From positions 11,672,359-11,736,358 of the forward strand of contig OZ316893.1 in assembly GCA_973895155.1 (NCBI GenBank): DNA of 64,000 nucleotides, written 5' to 3'. The notes below the pieces were generated by a model. The model ran no database searches. It had not been told where the DNA came from and saw only the letters and a list, made by a program, of their open reading frames with translations. Below, piece after piece: positions 12,880 through 24,077 of this stretch (position 1 is its first letter; each line of letters begins with the position of its first letter). The translations under genes were made by a program, and so were the position numbers. The DNA is from Marsupella aquatica. Lineage: Eukaryota > Plantae > Marchantiophyta.

Positions 12880-14710
12880 TTACGGTAGATGACTTCACCA
12901 CACAAGGGGCATGGTAATCCTAGGAGTGCCCAGGGGTGATTTGTGCCCAGGAGGGTCTTAAGATTAATACCCAAGTGAACTTGTTCCAGTTCCAGTTTGG
13001 TTGTGCAATGGCTTCTGCACTAACCTGTCAATAACAGATTTAATGTGTTATAGGCCACAAACTCATGTAGTGATTGTAAGAATGTATTCTACAGGCAATC
13101 CCAATTTATCATACAATGTTTCTAAAGGCATCGGTGGCTTGGCAATAAAATTAACTCTGCCAGGACTTTCTTTGGGGATACAACCCGGAAGGAGGCAGGA
13201 AGACCCCCCTGGTTTAGTGGGATAGAATGGTGGGGCCTTGGATTTAAGGAATCAGGAGTCATTCAGATGCCCTGCTTTCTAAGTGGTTTACACAAGCGTT
13301 TGAATGTCTGACATTTGAATGGGCTCTCCTGTTTGAAGCAAACTTGAATCTGATTAATTGGGAGAATTACAAGATGACACGCAGGAACTCATATACCTTC
13401 AGGGACAAACTGCTGTTGTGCAGTCCCCGTTCACTACATGGCTCATCATACATGGGCGGGCTATGGAGGGCCTGGACACAACTCCGCTCTCACCTTATTT
13501 TTCCACCCAAGGGGTGATTCCTGGTAGATGGAGTGTGGGGGACACTCTGCATTGCCATAAAGGCTTTCAAGCTTGGTCAAATGAGGACTTTGCACTAGTG
13601 ATAGAGATCTATGGAAGGGTAGGTGTTAAATGCATTCAGAATCTATGGAGAGGCGAACTGGGTGACTGGAGAGATTTATCAGAACGCTAGGATAACATCA
13701 GGGGCTTCTCTTTGGCCCATAGAGAGAAGTGCAGGGAATTTACAGAGAGGCTCAAGGCAATCAATTCATGCAAGTTTGAATTTGAACCTGGACCAGCCTG
13801 CTGGAGGTGGATTGATAAGCCTGAGATGATAAAGGAATTCAAAATTACTAACATATGGCTTACCAATTTCTACATCCAACTGGCAATGACCACGAGAGCC
13901 TGAATCAAACTTAGGGTATGAGCAAGTCGGCAGCTGAATGGAGAGAAGGTTGGGTAGGGCTATGGAGATCGGATCTGTCAACACGTGCTAAGATCTTTAT
14001 TTGGCAGGTGCTGGCATCTGGACTTTATAGCGGTGTGAGAGTTGCTTGTATTGGCAAGGGTTCTAGGGAATACAAACTCTGCCATAGGGACAATGAATCA
14101 CTCTCCCACCTATTCATGCAATGTGCACATGCTAGGAAGTGTTGGTCAGTATGTGGAGGTGGCTTCAGGGGTATGTTTGCTACTCGGGGGGTTGACTATC
14201 AACAATCTTAGGAACCACATGCGATCCAAAATAGGTATTTTTCATATAAATTAGCTAAATTTTTAAAAAGCGTAGGAAGCAAAAGAAGGTATTATAAACC
14301 TATATTTGTAGAATATTCTCTAATATATACATTTTATAAAGTAAAATAGGCCATTAGTATTGAAAATAGAGAATGTTTTTAGAATATTCCCATTATAAAA
14401 TAGGTGTGTTTATATTAGCCTAGGATCGCACGTGGTACCCCAAAATATACACTAAGTTAACCCCCCGAGGTTTGCTAACTACTCCGATGGATCGATTGGG
14501 CTGCTAGACTCTACGATGGGGTGGAAACCTCAAAAGGTTATGAAAATGTTTGTTCTTTGTCAGATGCTTTGGGTGGGTGAACTGAAAGAAATGAGCATAT
14601 GTTTCACGTAGATGGTACCCATAAATTTGACTTTAGGTTTCTTCTCTCGGAGGCCTCAGACCATGTCTGGGTTGTAGGAGAGTGCCTGCCCCAAAATAGA
14701 TGGTACATTT
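12880..14710 (+). pseudogene. Decayed L1-type LINE ORF2, C-terminal part (post-RT region and zf-RVT)
   Basis: CQDFLWGYNPEGGRKTPLV*W..GLGF at about 13157-13245, and LWRSDLSTRAKIFIWQVL...LCHRDNESLSHLFMQCAHARKCW (zf-RVT pattern) at 13918-14211. Many stops and frameshifts; boundaries approximate. Confidence 0.75.
14211..14439. mobile_element. Small AT-rich MITE (Tourist/PIF-like) inserted in the LINE
   Basis: Imperfect TIRs GGAACCACATGCGATCC ... GGATCGCACGTGGTACC, preceded by TTA. The interior is AT-rich and interrupts the LINE frame. Confidence 0.55.
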
Positions 14711-14936
14711 GGGCGTCTCAAAATTAACTTTTTTGGCCCGATTTGCCGGACCGCGGTCTAGTCCGACGGTCTGCGGCCCTTTCTGGTCGGTCAGTCATTT
14801 TTGAGACTGCCATTTTTCTGCCCGGTTTCTGCGACTGGATCGGGACATAGCAGCCTGAGGACACCGTACGTGAGTGTGGTTTGCAACATCATTGCAGTTT
14901 GAGAGTTGCACCCAGTTAGTGTTGTGAAGCTCATTG

Positions 14937-15212
14937 TCCAAGCTACCTAGTGCTCTAAACCTCGTCGATGCCCGATGCTGATGTGAGCCTCGTGAATGCT
15001 GGTTGCGCTCTGAAGGTCGTCGATGTTGCTCAAGCTGCCTAGTGCTATGAACCTTGTCGATGCCCGATGCTATTGTGAGCATCTCAAATGCTGGTTGTGC
15101 TCTGAAGGTCATCAATGTTGCTCAAGTTGCCTAGTGCTCTGAACCTCGTCGATGCTCGATGCTGCTGTGAGCATCTCGAATGCTGGTTGTGCTCTGAAGG
15201 TTGTCGATATAG
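14937..15212. repeat. ~92-bp subterminal tandem repeat, 3 copies, inside the Harbinger element
   Basis: CTCAAG.TGCCTAGTGCT.TGAACC..GTCGATGC.CGATGCT...TGCTGGTTG.GCTCTGAAGGT recurs at about 14937, 15029 and 15121. Confidence 0.8.
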
Positions 15213-15596
15213 CTCCAAAATGCTCTGATGCTCGCTCTAAACGTCGAGGCTGCGTGAAGGTCAAGACTGTGTCGGCAGGTGATTGTTGTGTCCTGCATCT
15301 TGTTCATGAAGGTCCATGTTGCGTCGTGCGGTGAAGGCTGCTTTACCAACAACATTTAGGTTCCAGTGTTTTGGTGAAGCGTGAGTTGCAAGCTAGCTTC
15401 GACAACGACATTGTGGTGTGCAGTTGTTCTTACCATTTTTTTACCCTTCACTTGTTCTGCAGTTGCTTCTACATGTGCATTGTGTTGCGCATGCTATTTG
15501 ATTCTCCACATACTTGAATGCTCTACTCTGTTCTGCTCAATGTATTCAAATGTCTGTCCTTTTGTTCCTCCAGGCAATCTTTTGTTCCTCCAGGCA

Positions 15597-16228
15597 ATGG
15601 CTGAATGGACTTCACTCACAGACATCGAGGAGAACAGGGTTTTAGGGAAAGTTGAATATTTTAGAGCTAATGTTTGGATTGGGAACTATGTTGCCCGAAA
15701 CCCCTACCCTAGGAAATTCACTTATTTATCCTTCCTGTATCCAGATACTGCTACTGGTTTTCCTTGTGGAAAGTCCTTGGAATTTGGATCCCGATATGGC
15801 CATAACTTGCCAGGAGTCCATAAATTCAGGTTCCAATTGATTTTGTTTGGTGTTGTGCACGCTGCTTGCAAGCCATTGCGAGCTCAAATTCGGGATAGTG
15901 CATCCATTCTACTCAATTCCTCTGCACTCGACTTTTCAAAGATGTCTGAACACATTCAGATGGGGACAGTCCAAGCAATTGTGCAAAAATGCCCTAGATT
16001 ACATGTTACCATATCCTGAAGGATCTGGAGTTACACATCCAAAGAGTTTCTATGCTTGATGATATCTGCCAAAGTCTTGTGCAATACAGGCACAAGACAC
16101 CAGCAAGTCCTACTCAGGTCACTCCTGCCAAGGCAGAGACTTCTCGCACCCCACAGAAACCTAAAAGTGCAAAGAAGATCTTGGCTGATCTTATTGCGGC
16201 CTTGCAAGACACAGACTTAGAGGATTAA
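15597..16228 (+). pseudogene. Third, unidentified ORF carried by the Harbinger element (~210 aa, one frameshift)
   Basis: ATG at 15597 follows a putative GT-AG leader intron (15381-15593). MAEWTSLTDIEENRVLGKVEYFRANVWIG... continues after a frameshift near 15995 as ITCYHILKDLELHIQRVSMLDDICQSLVQYRHKTPASPTQ...KKILADLIAALQDTDLED*. Confidence 0.5.
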
Positions 16229-16458
16229 ATGTACTATCATATCTATGTAGTTACATAGTATGTACTGTTTTGAGACCTTTGAATGAAATTGAATTTTTCC
16301 AACATTTCTTTGCTGCTTTGTTGTGAATGTGGGTCATGTGCATTCTTGTGCTTTAATTACCTTCTAAAATTTACAAACAACGCTAGCATTACTGTGTTGT
16401 GTTGTAAAGTATGTCCTCTATGACATACCACTGCCTTGTCTCCAGGATTGTCAGCATC

Positions 16459-18137
16459 ATGCCTCGAGTATTTGATCGCCAAAAACACTTGAGACAGGTG
16501 AAGCAGAAAGTGCAGTTAAACATCATGTTGCATAGCTCTAGGAGCGAATCTGATGGTAGAAGTAGTGACAGCTCTTTAAGGTCACTCGAGCGCTTTGATT
16601 GCATCAACCCTCCTCAGTATTCCAGCAGCAGTGGGTCCGGAGCGAATGTGGATGATTCCTCTGACTCAGACAAAGAAGATGACTGTGAAGAGGCACAAAA
16701 TGTAGCTGACCTTTCTGAGCTTTATTTTTTGATGTATAACACTCGCTACTTAGTTCCTCGTCACATAACTACAAAGTCAAATGAGTTTGCAACACAATTT
16801 TTCACAACTTGCCTGATCGATTGTTTAGACAGATGACAAGGATGGACAAGAGGTCCTTTTTCCACCTCCTTGAATTGATAGAGCCTCACCCAATCTTCAA
16901 GAATGAGTCTAGACATGAGCAGACACCTATTGTGAGGCAGCTGGCTGTCTGTCTCAACCGTCTTGGGCATGATGGCAATGGTGCTTGCCTGAATCACCTT
17001 ATCCCAACCTGGGGTGTCAGCAGTGGAACTTTAGTGCATTTCTCTAAGCGGTGCTTTCTTGCACTTGAGGATACACTGAAAGACCAGATTCAATGGCCAA
17101 CGAGGAGGGACCGTGCACCGATCCTGGAAGCATTTGGCAAACTTGGCTTTTGTGGATGTTTGGGCCTCATAGATGGATCGCTCTTACCACTGACTCAGCG
17201 ACCACACCACCATGGAGAGCTACTATCATAAAAAATGCAGGTATTCCGTGAATGTTCAAGTCATTTGTGACCACAGACGGAAGATTCTCTTAATGTTCAC
17301 AGGTAAGTACTTCCACTTTGTTTTTACATGTATTATTAATTAGGACTTTGTGTTTAGAAGGTTGTAGTGTAAATTGTGCTCTGTATTTGTTTTGCAGGAA
17401 TGCCTGGTTCCTGTTCCAACCTCACATGTTTGAGGAAATCACCCCTGTAGGGTTATTGCTCTGGTGTTGGAAGTACCCATGTTTTTGAAGAAGACCAATA
17501 CTTGCTTGGGGATTCTGGCTATCAAGCATTGCCTCATCTTGTTTGTGCTTTTAAGAGGGCAGACCTTGTGTCTGACAAAGAATACTTCAATACATGTGTT
17601 GCTAAAGCTCATGTCACAAATGAACATTGCATTGGGGTTTTAAAATCTCGTTGGCATTCTTTGAAAGAAGTCAGAGTTCAGCTAAATGAAAAGAAGGACA
17701 GTGCATGGATGGTGAGATGGGTCACAGTTTGTGGAAAACTCCACAACTATGTTTTGAGCCAAGATGATGAATGGACCAGTAGTGACGACGCAGAAATTGA
17801 CATGACACCAGAGGAAGGCCCAGATGTACAAGCAGAACCAGAGGGGAGGGGTCCAGACCCTGGACGCATTTCTAGACGTGGAGTTACCGCTGTGGGCAAT
17901 GCTCTGCTAGTGAGGGTCATGGATGAGGCTCTTGAACTTCATCGTAGACCTGGGGTTTTTTGTTCTCTAAATGAGGTACGGGGCAGACATACTGCAACCT
18001 TTATACCCTCCGGTACTTGTTTTATTATGGAAGTGCTGCCCATGATTTGTTACATGACATGTTGTAACATTGTGGATGTCTTACTGTTTGAGCCTTCTGG
18101 CCTTGTGCAGGTTGAGGCCGGTTGTGCCTGGACATAG
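16459..18137 (+). pseudogene. HARBI1-like DDE transposase (DDE_Tnp_4) of the PIF/Harbinger element, disrupted
   Basis: FRQMTRMDKRSF..QLAVCLNRLG..GVSSGT; catalytic GCLGLIDGS, LLGDSGY and NEHCIGVLKSRW; CGKLHNY. Intron 17303-17397. Frameshifts near 16800 and 17220 and an in-frame TAG near 17448. Confidence 0.88.
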
Positions 18138-18787
18138 GGGTGCCTGCATTCAAAGAGGATTTGAATGGTACGTGAAGTTTACTTAGGACCATTCAGTCCC
18201 TACATTCCATTTAGGAGTATTCATAATTCATATGCAGACAGGGCAGCACAGTCCTATGTGTAGACAGATGTATAAGACCTCCCACTTCAATCCAGGTTAG
18301 GATATAGTTTGTCATACAAGTTGTTATGATTCTCGCCAGTGTTCAGCTGTGAGCAAAGACATGGAGTATTTAATAAAGAGCCTTCGTGCAAGCAGCATTT
18401 TTGCCAACAGTAATCAAGAGAACACTGATTTTACATGCATTTGGCTTCTAGTGTCTGCATTTTGGGACAGCAGATTGTTGAAGTACTTTGTGAATAACAT
18501 GAATGTGAACTGAGGCACATCATACAAAGGCATACAAAACAGCACACAGAGTATGGCAAAGTTCCAGTAGTCAACTTAATGCAATATATAGCGCAAGGTA
18601 CAATGAATGTGAACGCTTCACATTAATCAGCAAAATTGCAAAGTGGCGCCTTCAAAATTGGCAGAGGTCTGGAATTAAAGTAGCCTGTGCTACTAACACA
18701 AACTCTACATTCAAGATTAACTCAAAGTTTCACACACTGAACACGATGCCCAAATTGCATCTCAAAATGGTACATCTTCAGTTCTTC

Positions 18788-20141
18788 CTACAACACATCT
18801 CCTGTGTCACGAGTGTTGTTCGCAGTTGGAGCTCCAGGAATTAAACTCATCAGGTCTCTGATCTTGTCTCGACTCCTATTGAACTTTAAAAGTTCAGTTA
18901 ACATGAAGTTGGCCTGTTGCGTTTGCAGCATAGCCAATTGGTGTACATGGTCCGCTCTAGCCCGTTTCTCGTCTACTCTTCTTTGGATACAATCTCTCTT
19001 CAGGGTCTGAAGTGCTACAATCTCCCTGGCCTCTCGCCTATCAGCAAGTTCTTCAGTTCTCCACTTATCCTTCACTGTAATCATATGTTGCCGATATGAT
19101 TTTTTCTCTGCTATCTTGTTTGCATATAATTCAGCCAAATTAGGCCTTGAAGTTGCTTGCAAATTGGCAGGCCTCTTACCTGGTCTCCTTGAGGCAGAAG
19201 TGTTCCGTTGTGGAGTGGGATATCCGAATTGGCTGTTGGCACTGCAACTGGCTATTGAGTGGTTTGCTCTGATTGGCATGGCTCAGAGGCAGCTGGGTGA
19301 GCCTCTTCAGTGGCCTGGCTAATGTCCGGTTTTGGCTGTGAGCGCAAATCCTCAGACTCAACCTCAAAAGCCAATGTGAAATCAAATTGGGAATCAGGCT
19401 CTCCTGCGTTCATCGATTCTGCACAACAAAGGCGTCCATTTTTACGCCATTGTAAATGACACACTTCATGCTCATCAGGAAATACCCAAAACAACAACAT
19501 TCTTGGACAGTAAACGTACCTATATGCTCATCATTTTTGGCAGTTTCATCCTCATCATCGGATGGGTGGATGTAAAGTTCAGGCACTCCCGGTAAGATTG
19601 TTGTTCCCGTGCTTGGAGGTTGAACATTGGCACGCTCTCCATATAGAGCATGCATACGATCAAAATGAGGGCAGATCTCTTCAAGCTTATCCTCCAATGT
19701 GATTTCCGCACGTAGCTCTCCCAAGGTCACCCCTGCACCTGAATCAGATTTAATTGCCAAGGCCTCCTTGTATTTCTTCACGTAATGATTGAACTGTTTC
19801 TCCAAGTTCTCCCATGTGGTTACAAATCGAGGAAATCCGTTGGAGTGTAAGATCACTAACATCAACTTGAAGACAGTTTTTTTGTTGGGATGTCTTACCC
19901 CAACTGCCAGACGACGACTTGACCCATTTAGCATGGCGAAATTATCAGGATCTTCAAGCCATTCGACGATCTTAAGCAGATGCTCTAGCCTGAGTTTTTG
20001 ATTGTCTCCACACTGGTTGTGGTGCGCTGATGGGGGCGCCATTGTTTCTTGAGCTGAAGCTTGTTGTGAATCAGGAACAAGGAATGGCGACTGCAATGCT
20101 CCAATTTGGCCACCCTCAGCACATGACTGACGATTGTCCAT
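18788..20141 (-). pseudogene. Harbinger accessory Myb/SANT-like DNA-binding protein with coiled-coil tail, disrupted
   Basis: MDNRQS..IVEWLEDPDNF..WENLEKQFNHYVKKYKEA..LEEICPHFDRMHALYGERANVQP matches the pattern of Harbinger partner proteins. Intron 19519-19419; stop/frameshift near 19250; charged helical C-terminus at 18788-19150. Convergent with the transposase. Confidence 0.7.
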
Positions 20142-20489
20142 GATGCGTGCCCACATTAAGAAGAAGACGAGAATAAAAAATTGCGTCACAATTTGCTGGG
20201 CGAACTGAGAGGGGGAACACAAAATTCGAAACTTCCTGCATAAAATGTTGTCGAGACTGGCAAAAACGGCGCAATTCAAAATTGCCTCTGTTTTGACAAA
20301 CCTCGGTCGGCGGTTTAGGGGAGTCTTAACCCAAGGTACACTACCCACACCTGTGGCTGCAGCACTGCTCAATTTTAAGTACCCCCCTGGTCACTGTGCC
20401 CGACACTTTGACGCGGCCTGACTTTCAGCAACAACTTTTTGCCGTCGGAAGTCCGAAACGATCTTTGAAAAAGTTAATTTGAGATGCCC

Positions 20490-21160
20490 TATTAGACTAC
20501 TTAGAGCGGGGGAGTTGATTCACTTGGAGAGAGTGGTGTGGCTTAGCCGCCGTGACGTGACATCAGCCCCCCGACCTTGACATCTAGGCTGGAAGACTTT
20601 TTGGCTCTTCTTGTGTTTGGCCCTGGTGGTTAATTTTTGAGCCGCTCGGGTCTGCGGGGTGTGAGTGTTTGGCTTTTTGTGGCTTTGGCGGCTCATTGTG
20701 GGTGTCCCCTTGTTGCTGCCTGACTGGTTCTGCTGGCTTTCCCCTGCCACTGGGTTTTCGTGGCTTTGCAAATTTATAAAACATAAAATATTTGAAGGAA
20801 AAATGTATTTGAAATAACTAGAAAAATAAGGATTTTCCTTGAATTTAAAATGAACAAATAAGATGCATTTGTCAGAATCTTACAGTAGGCTCTACCTCCC
20901 AGGTACGGGAGTACTCTAGTCACTGTTCCCCTCCCCGTGTCACTTTATTGGGTTGCTTCTCCTTTGGGACCCGTATCCCCCTTAGCCCTTAGGGTTTTTG
21001 TTTGCTTTGCCTTTAGGACCCTGTCTCCCCATTTGGCATATTTGTTCTTTTGCACTGTGACATATCCTCTAATCCCATACCTATGATATAGCTCAGTTTT
21101 TGTTACCTTGGGGCGGTTTTATCTGACTCCCATTATTGAAATCCAATGTAAAAATAAATC
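20490..21160 (+). mobile_element. Probable 3' remainder/UTR of the LINE, resuming after the Harbinger insertion
   Basis: Starts immediately after the right TIR. T/C-rich tract at 20880-21150 ends in an A-rich run (AATGTAAAAATAAA). Inferred from position and composition only. Confidence 0.35.
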
Positions 21161-23013
21161 GGAAAGATAGAAACTGTACATGATATCCAATTCAACTTTT
21201 GGCCTGAGTCATGAAATAGTTTATAGAAAGAAAAACAAGGCTGGTTGTTGAAGACTTTGGACGGGTCAAACCCCAGCAATCATGCTCTAAAACAGGCCTA
21301 TCATTAGATTAGACGGCCTACAAAACTGTAGTTTATTAGCCTAGCATCAAACGAGCGAGCGTAATAATTCTGTCCAGTCTTGGAAAGGAATATCCAAAAG
21401 TCGTGCAAACGAGTCACAATTATATATAGAAAAGTCTGTCCAGGCTCACAAACGTTTGTTCTGTCGGACGGGTACGAAGTTCACATGAAGGACCCACCTA
21501 AACTGCAGTGAATCAGCAGCAGCAGCAGATTTGTGTCCGCCGCTCAACAACGAGGTCAAAAGGTGACGACTGTTGTAATGCAGAAGGCAGAAGCTCAAAG
21601 TGTGGACTGTGGAGTGTCTAGACTTCTGCGTGATTGCATGCTTCGTCTCTTCGTCGTCTCTCGAGGTCCATGGTGAACTAGTCTCAGACGGCGAGTAGTC
21701 TAGTCCAGTCCAGTCCGAGCAGTGCTCAGAGGAGTCTGCAGTCTGCACCCAATCCGCATGAGAGAAACGAGAATGATTACTCCTCTGGTTGTGTTGATTA
21801 TCTCCAGCCACATCGCCAGCCAGCCTACCAACCAAGCCCCACTAAAATCCTGCGAACTACGCAAACGAGTGTAAGACTACTTCTTGTAATCTAGCAGTGG
21901 GAAGGGGGGAGGAAGGAGTGAGGTCCCCTCTCTGCGGGGCCCATTGAGTCAGAATTATTGTTGTACAGTACGCTGGTCAAACAGCTGAATCCAGGACCCA
22001 GTCCAGTCTACACTACTACCTCTCTGCTCGGCTCATCACAGTGTCGCGGTAGAGGGAGAGGACTAGAGGATGAAGTGCAACCGGGAGGACGAAGCCCTGA
22101 GGGAAGACGCCCTCGTTGCCAAAGCCAGCAGATCATAGTAAGCCCGGTCCCCGGTCTTCCACCCTTCCGAAAGTGCCGCTTCGCCTGCCTTCTGCTTGAC
22201 CCTCACCACCGTTTTCTCAGCTTGTCTCCCGACAATGTCTTTGCTGCTCCTCCTGCCCTCCAGAGCAGAACATAAGGTAGTCGTTAATGAGTGAAACTGG
22301 CGAATTTAATTTGTTCTCATCGCTGCCGGTCAAAACTGTACACTGTACAAGATTAGGACGGGCTGCTGCCTACTGGGTCTCGTCTTCTATTCCCCAAAGC
22401 TTCTTCCACACGGACAGATTCGTCGACAAGGTATGAATGCCTGCCTTCGTACCGTAGTCGATTGCTTCACTGAAGAAGTTTCGGCAGCTGTGGCTCAAAG
22501 AAACATAAAGCCCATGTTTTCTCCAATCGGCCGGTCGATCAGTGTTCTGCTGCTGCTTGGCTTACTGCTTGTCGATTTTTCCTGAAAAAAGGGTTGTGCA
22601 TACTGCGCAGAGCAGATTCCGTAGGCGTAGTGAGTATTTTAAGTGGCAGCACCTCAAAGAGCTTCGTAATTTTTTCTCTTTGGCGGTCTGCTGGTCCAGC
22701 AGTTTTGTTGGTCAGTGATTTCTTCTCCTCCTGTTCCTTCATTTATTCTACGGCCTTCATGCCGGATCTGGCTGGACCGTGCTGCAGCTGTTGTTCTATC
22801 ATACTCTCCTATACTGTGTCCATGAGGAGCTTCATGACTTTGGAAGCGAGCTTCCTCCGTTTGCTGTCGTTGCTTTCAGTGGTTGTTGTTGCTTCGTTTC
22901 GTTTCAATCTGGGCCGGGTTCGCTCTGCTGTCGTTCCTTATTCTGGGCATTCATTGGTCTTTCCATTGCATTGCAAGGTACCGGTTTGTAAACCAATACC
23001 CCCACTGCTTTGG

Positions 23014-23052
23014 CCTCACCTCACCTCACCTCACCTCACCTCACCTCACCTC
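23014..23052. repeat. (CTCAC)n microsatellite in the ABCG 5' leader region
   Basis: cctcacctcacctcacctcacctcacctcacctcacctc read directly. Confidence 0.85.
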
Positions 23053-24077
23053 GCATATGTCCTTTTGTCCCGAATCGCCATGTGTCGAGAGGTCTTGCAT
23101 GATGGGCTGGCGCTGGTGCTGCTCCATGGCACTCAGTTCGCACCACTGGGCGCAGAGGACGTCAGCGGTGTCGAATTTCATAGGCTTTGTCTTTGTCTGT
23201 AGTACTCGCTGTAGCAAGTCATCGTATAGAGGATTTTTCAGCGTCGGGAGTCGTTTGTCGCTGTGTGTCTGTCTGTCGCATTCATTCCACCATGATTTTC
23301 ATGGAAACAAATGAAGGTCCAAAGTGTCTTCTGTTCTCTTGACAATACAATTTTTCCTTGAGAGTTTGACCAAGTCAGAGGGCACGACGTCTGCACGATT
23401 CCTTCCGTCCTTGCATATTTACTCTCTCTTGTGTGGAACGTTTTTGATGGCATGTGCTTTCCTACCTACCTCTTATTCATTGCACGCGATGCACTGTCTT
23501 CGCACCTGCAGGTGTACAATTCCTCCTCCCTGTTAATCACTTCTAAACCGTAGAGTTGTGTGCGTGTATTCACTGCAGGCCCTCGACCGCCTTCGGCAAT
23601 TGGATTATTTGAGCGTGGATAATATGTCTTTACAATGAGATCTCCTAGCAGCCGGCGGGGAAACGCCTGGCACAATGCTCTGCAGTTTCCGTACCAATTT
23701 ATGTGCGTTCACAGGTAGCTGTTACAAAAGTTGTTGCTCTCCCAAGGAGGGGCTCCGAGGCTCGTGCTGTAACCTGGGAGGGAAGGAGGGTTGACAGGAC
23801 TGCTGTTCTTCTTCACCTTGGAGTGAGATTGAGGGCATCGACTAAGGAATCTGCTTGAAGCAGGATGGGCTTGAACCTAGTTAGTAAGTAGTTTTTAGCT
23901 TGCAGAATTGGTATTTGAACAGAGGATTTCATGGTTGTAGGAAGCAAGAGTAGCAAGCTGCGATCTTCTGAGCGTTTTGTTCTGCAAAGGAGCAGAATCA
24001 CGAACGGGGATTCAGAAAGTACAGTACTGCAGTCTGAGGGATTATAGGCGTGTCAAGCACGCACAGGAGGGGCAGCC

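Larger units (their letters stand above)
14711..20489. mobile_element. PIF/Harbinger DNA transposon, ~5.8 kb, full-length but defective
   Basis: TIRs GGGCGTCTCAAAATTAACTTTTT at 14711 and AAAAAGTTAATTTGAGATGCCC ending at 20489. Flanks are TTT and TAT (imperfect 3-bp TSD). Contains a DDE nuclease gene and a convergent DNA-binding partner gene. Confidence 0.85.
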
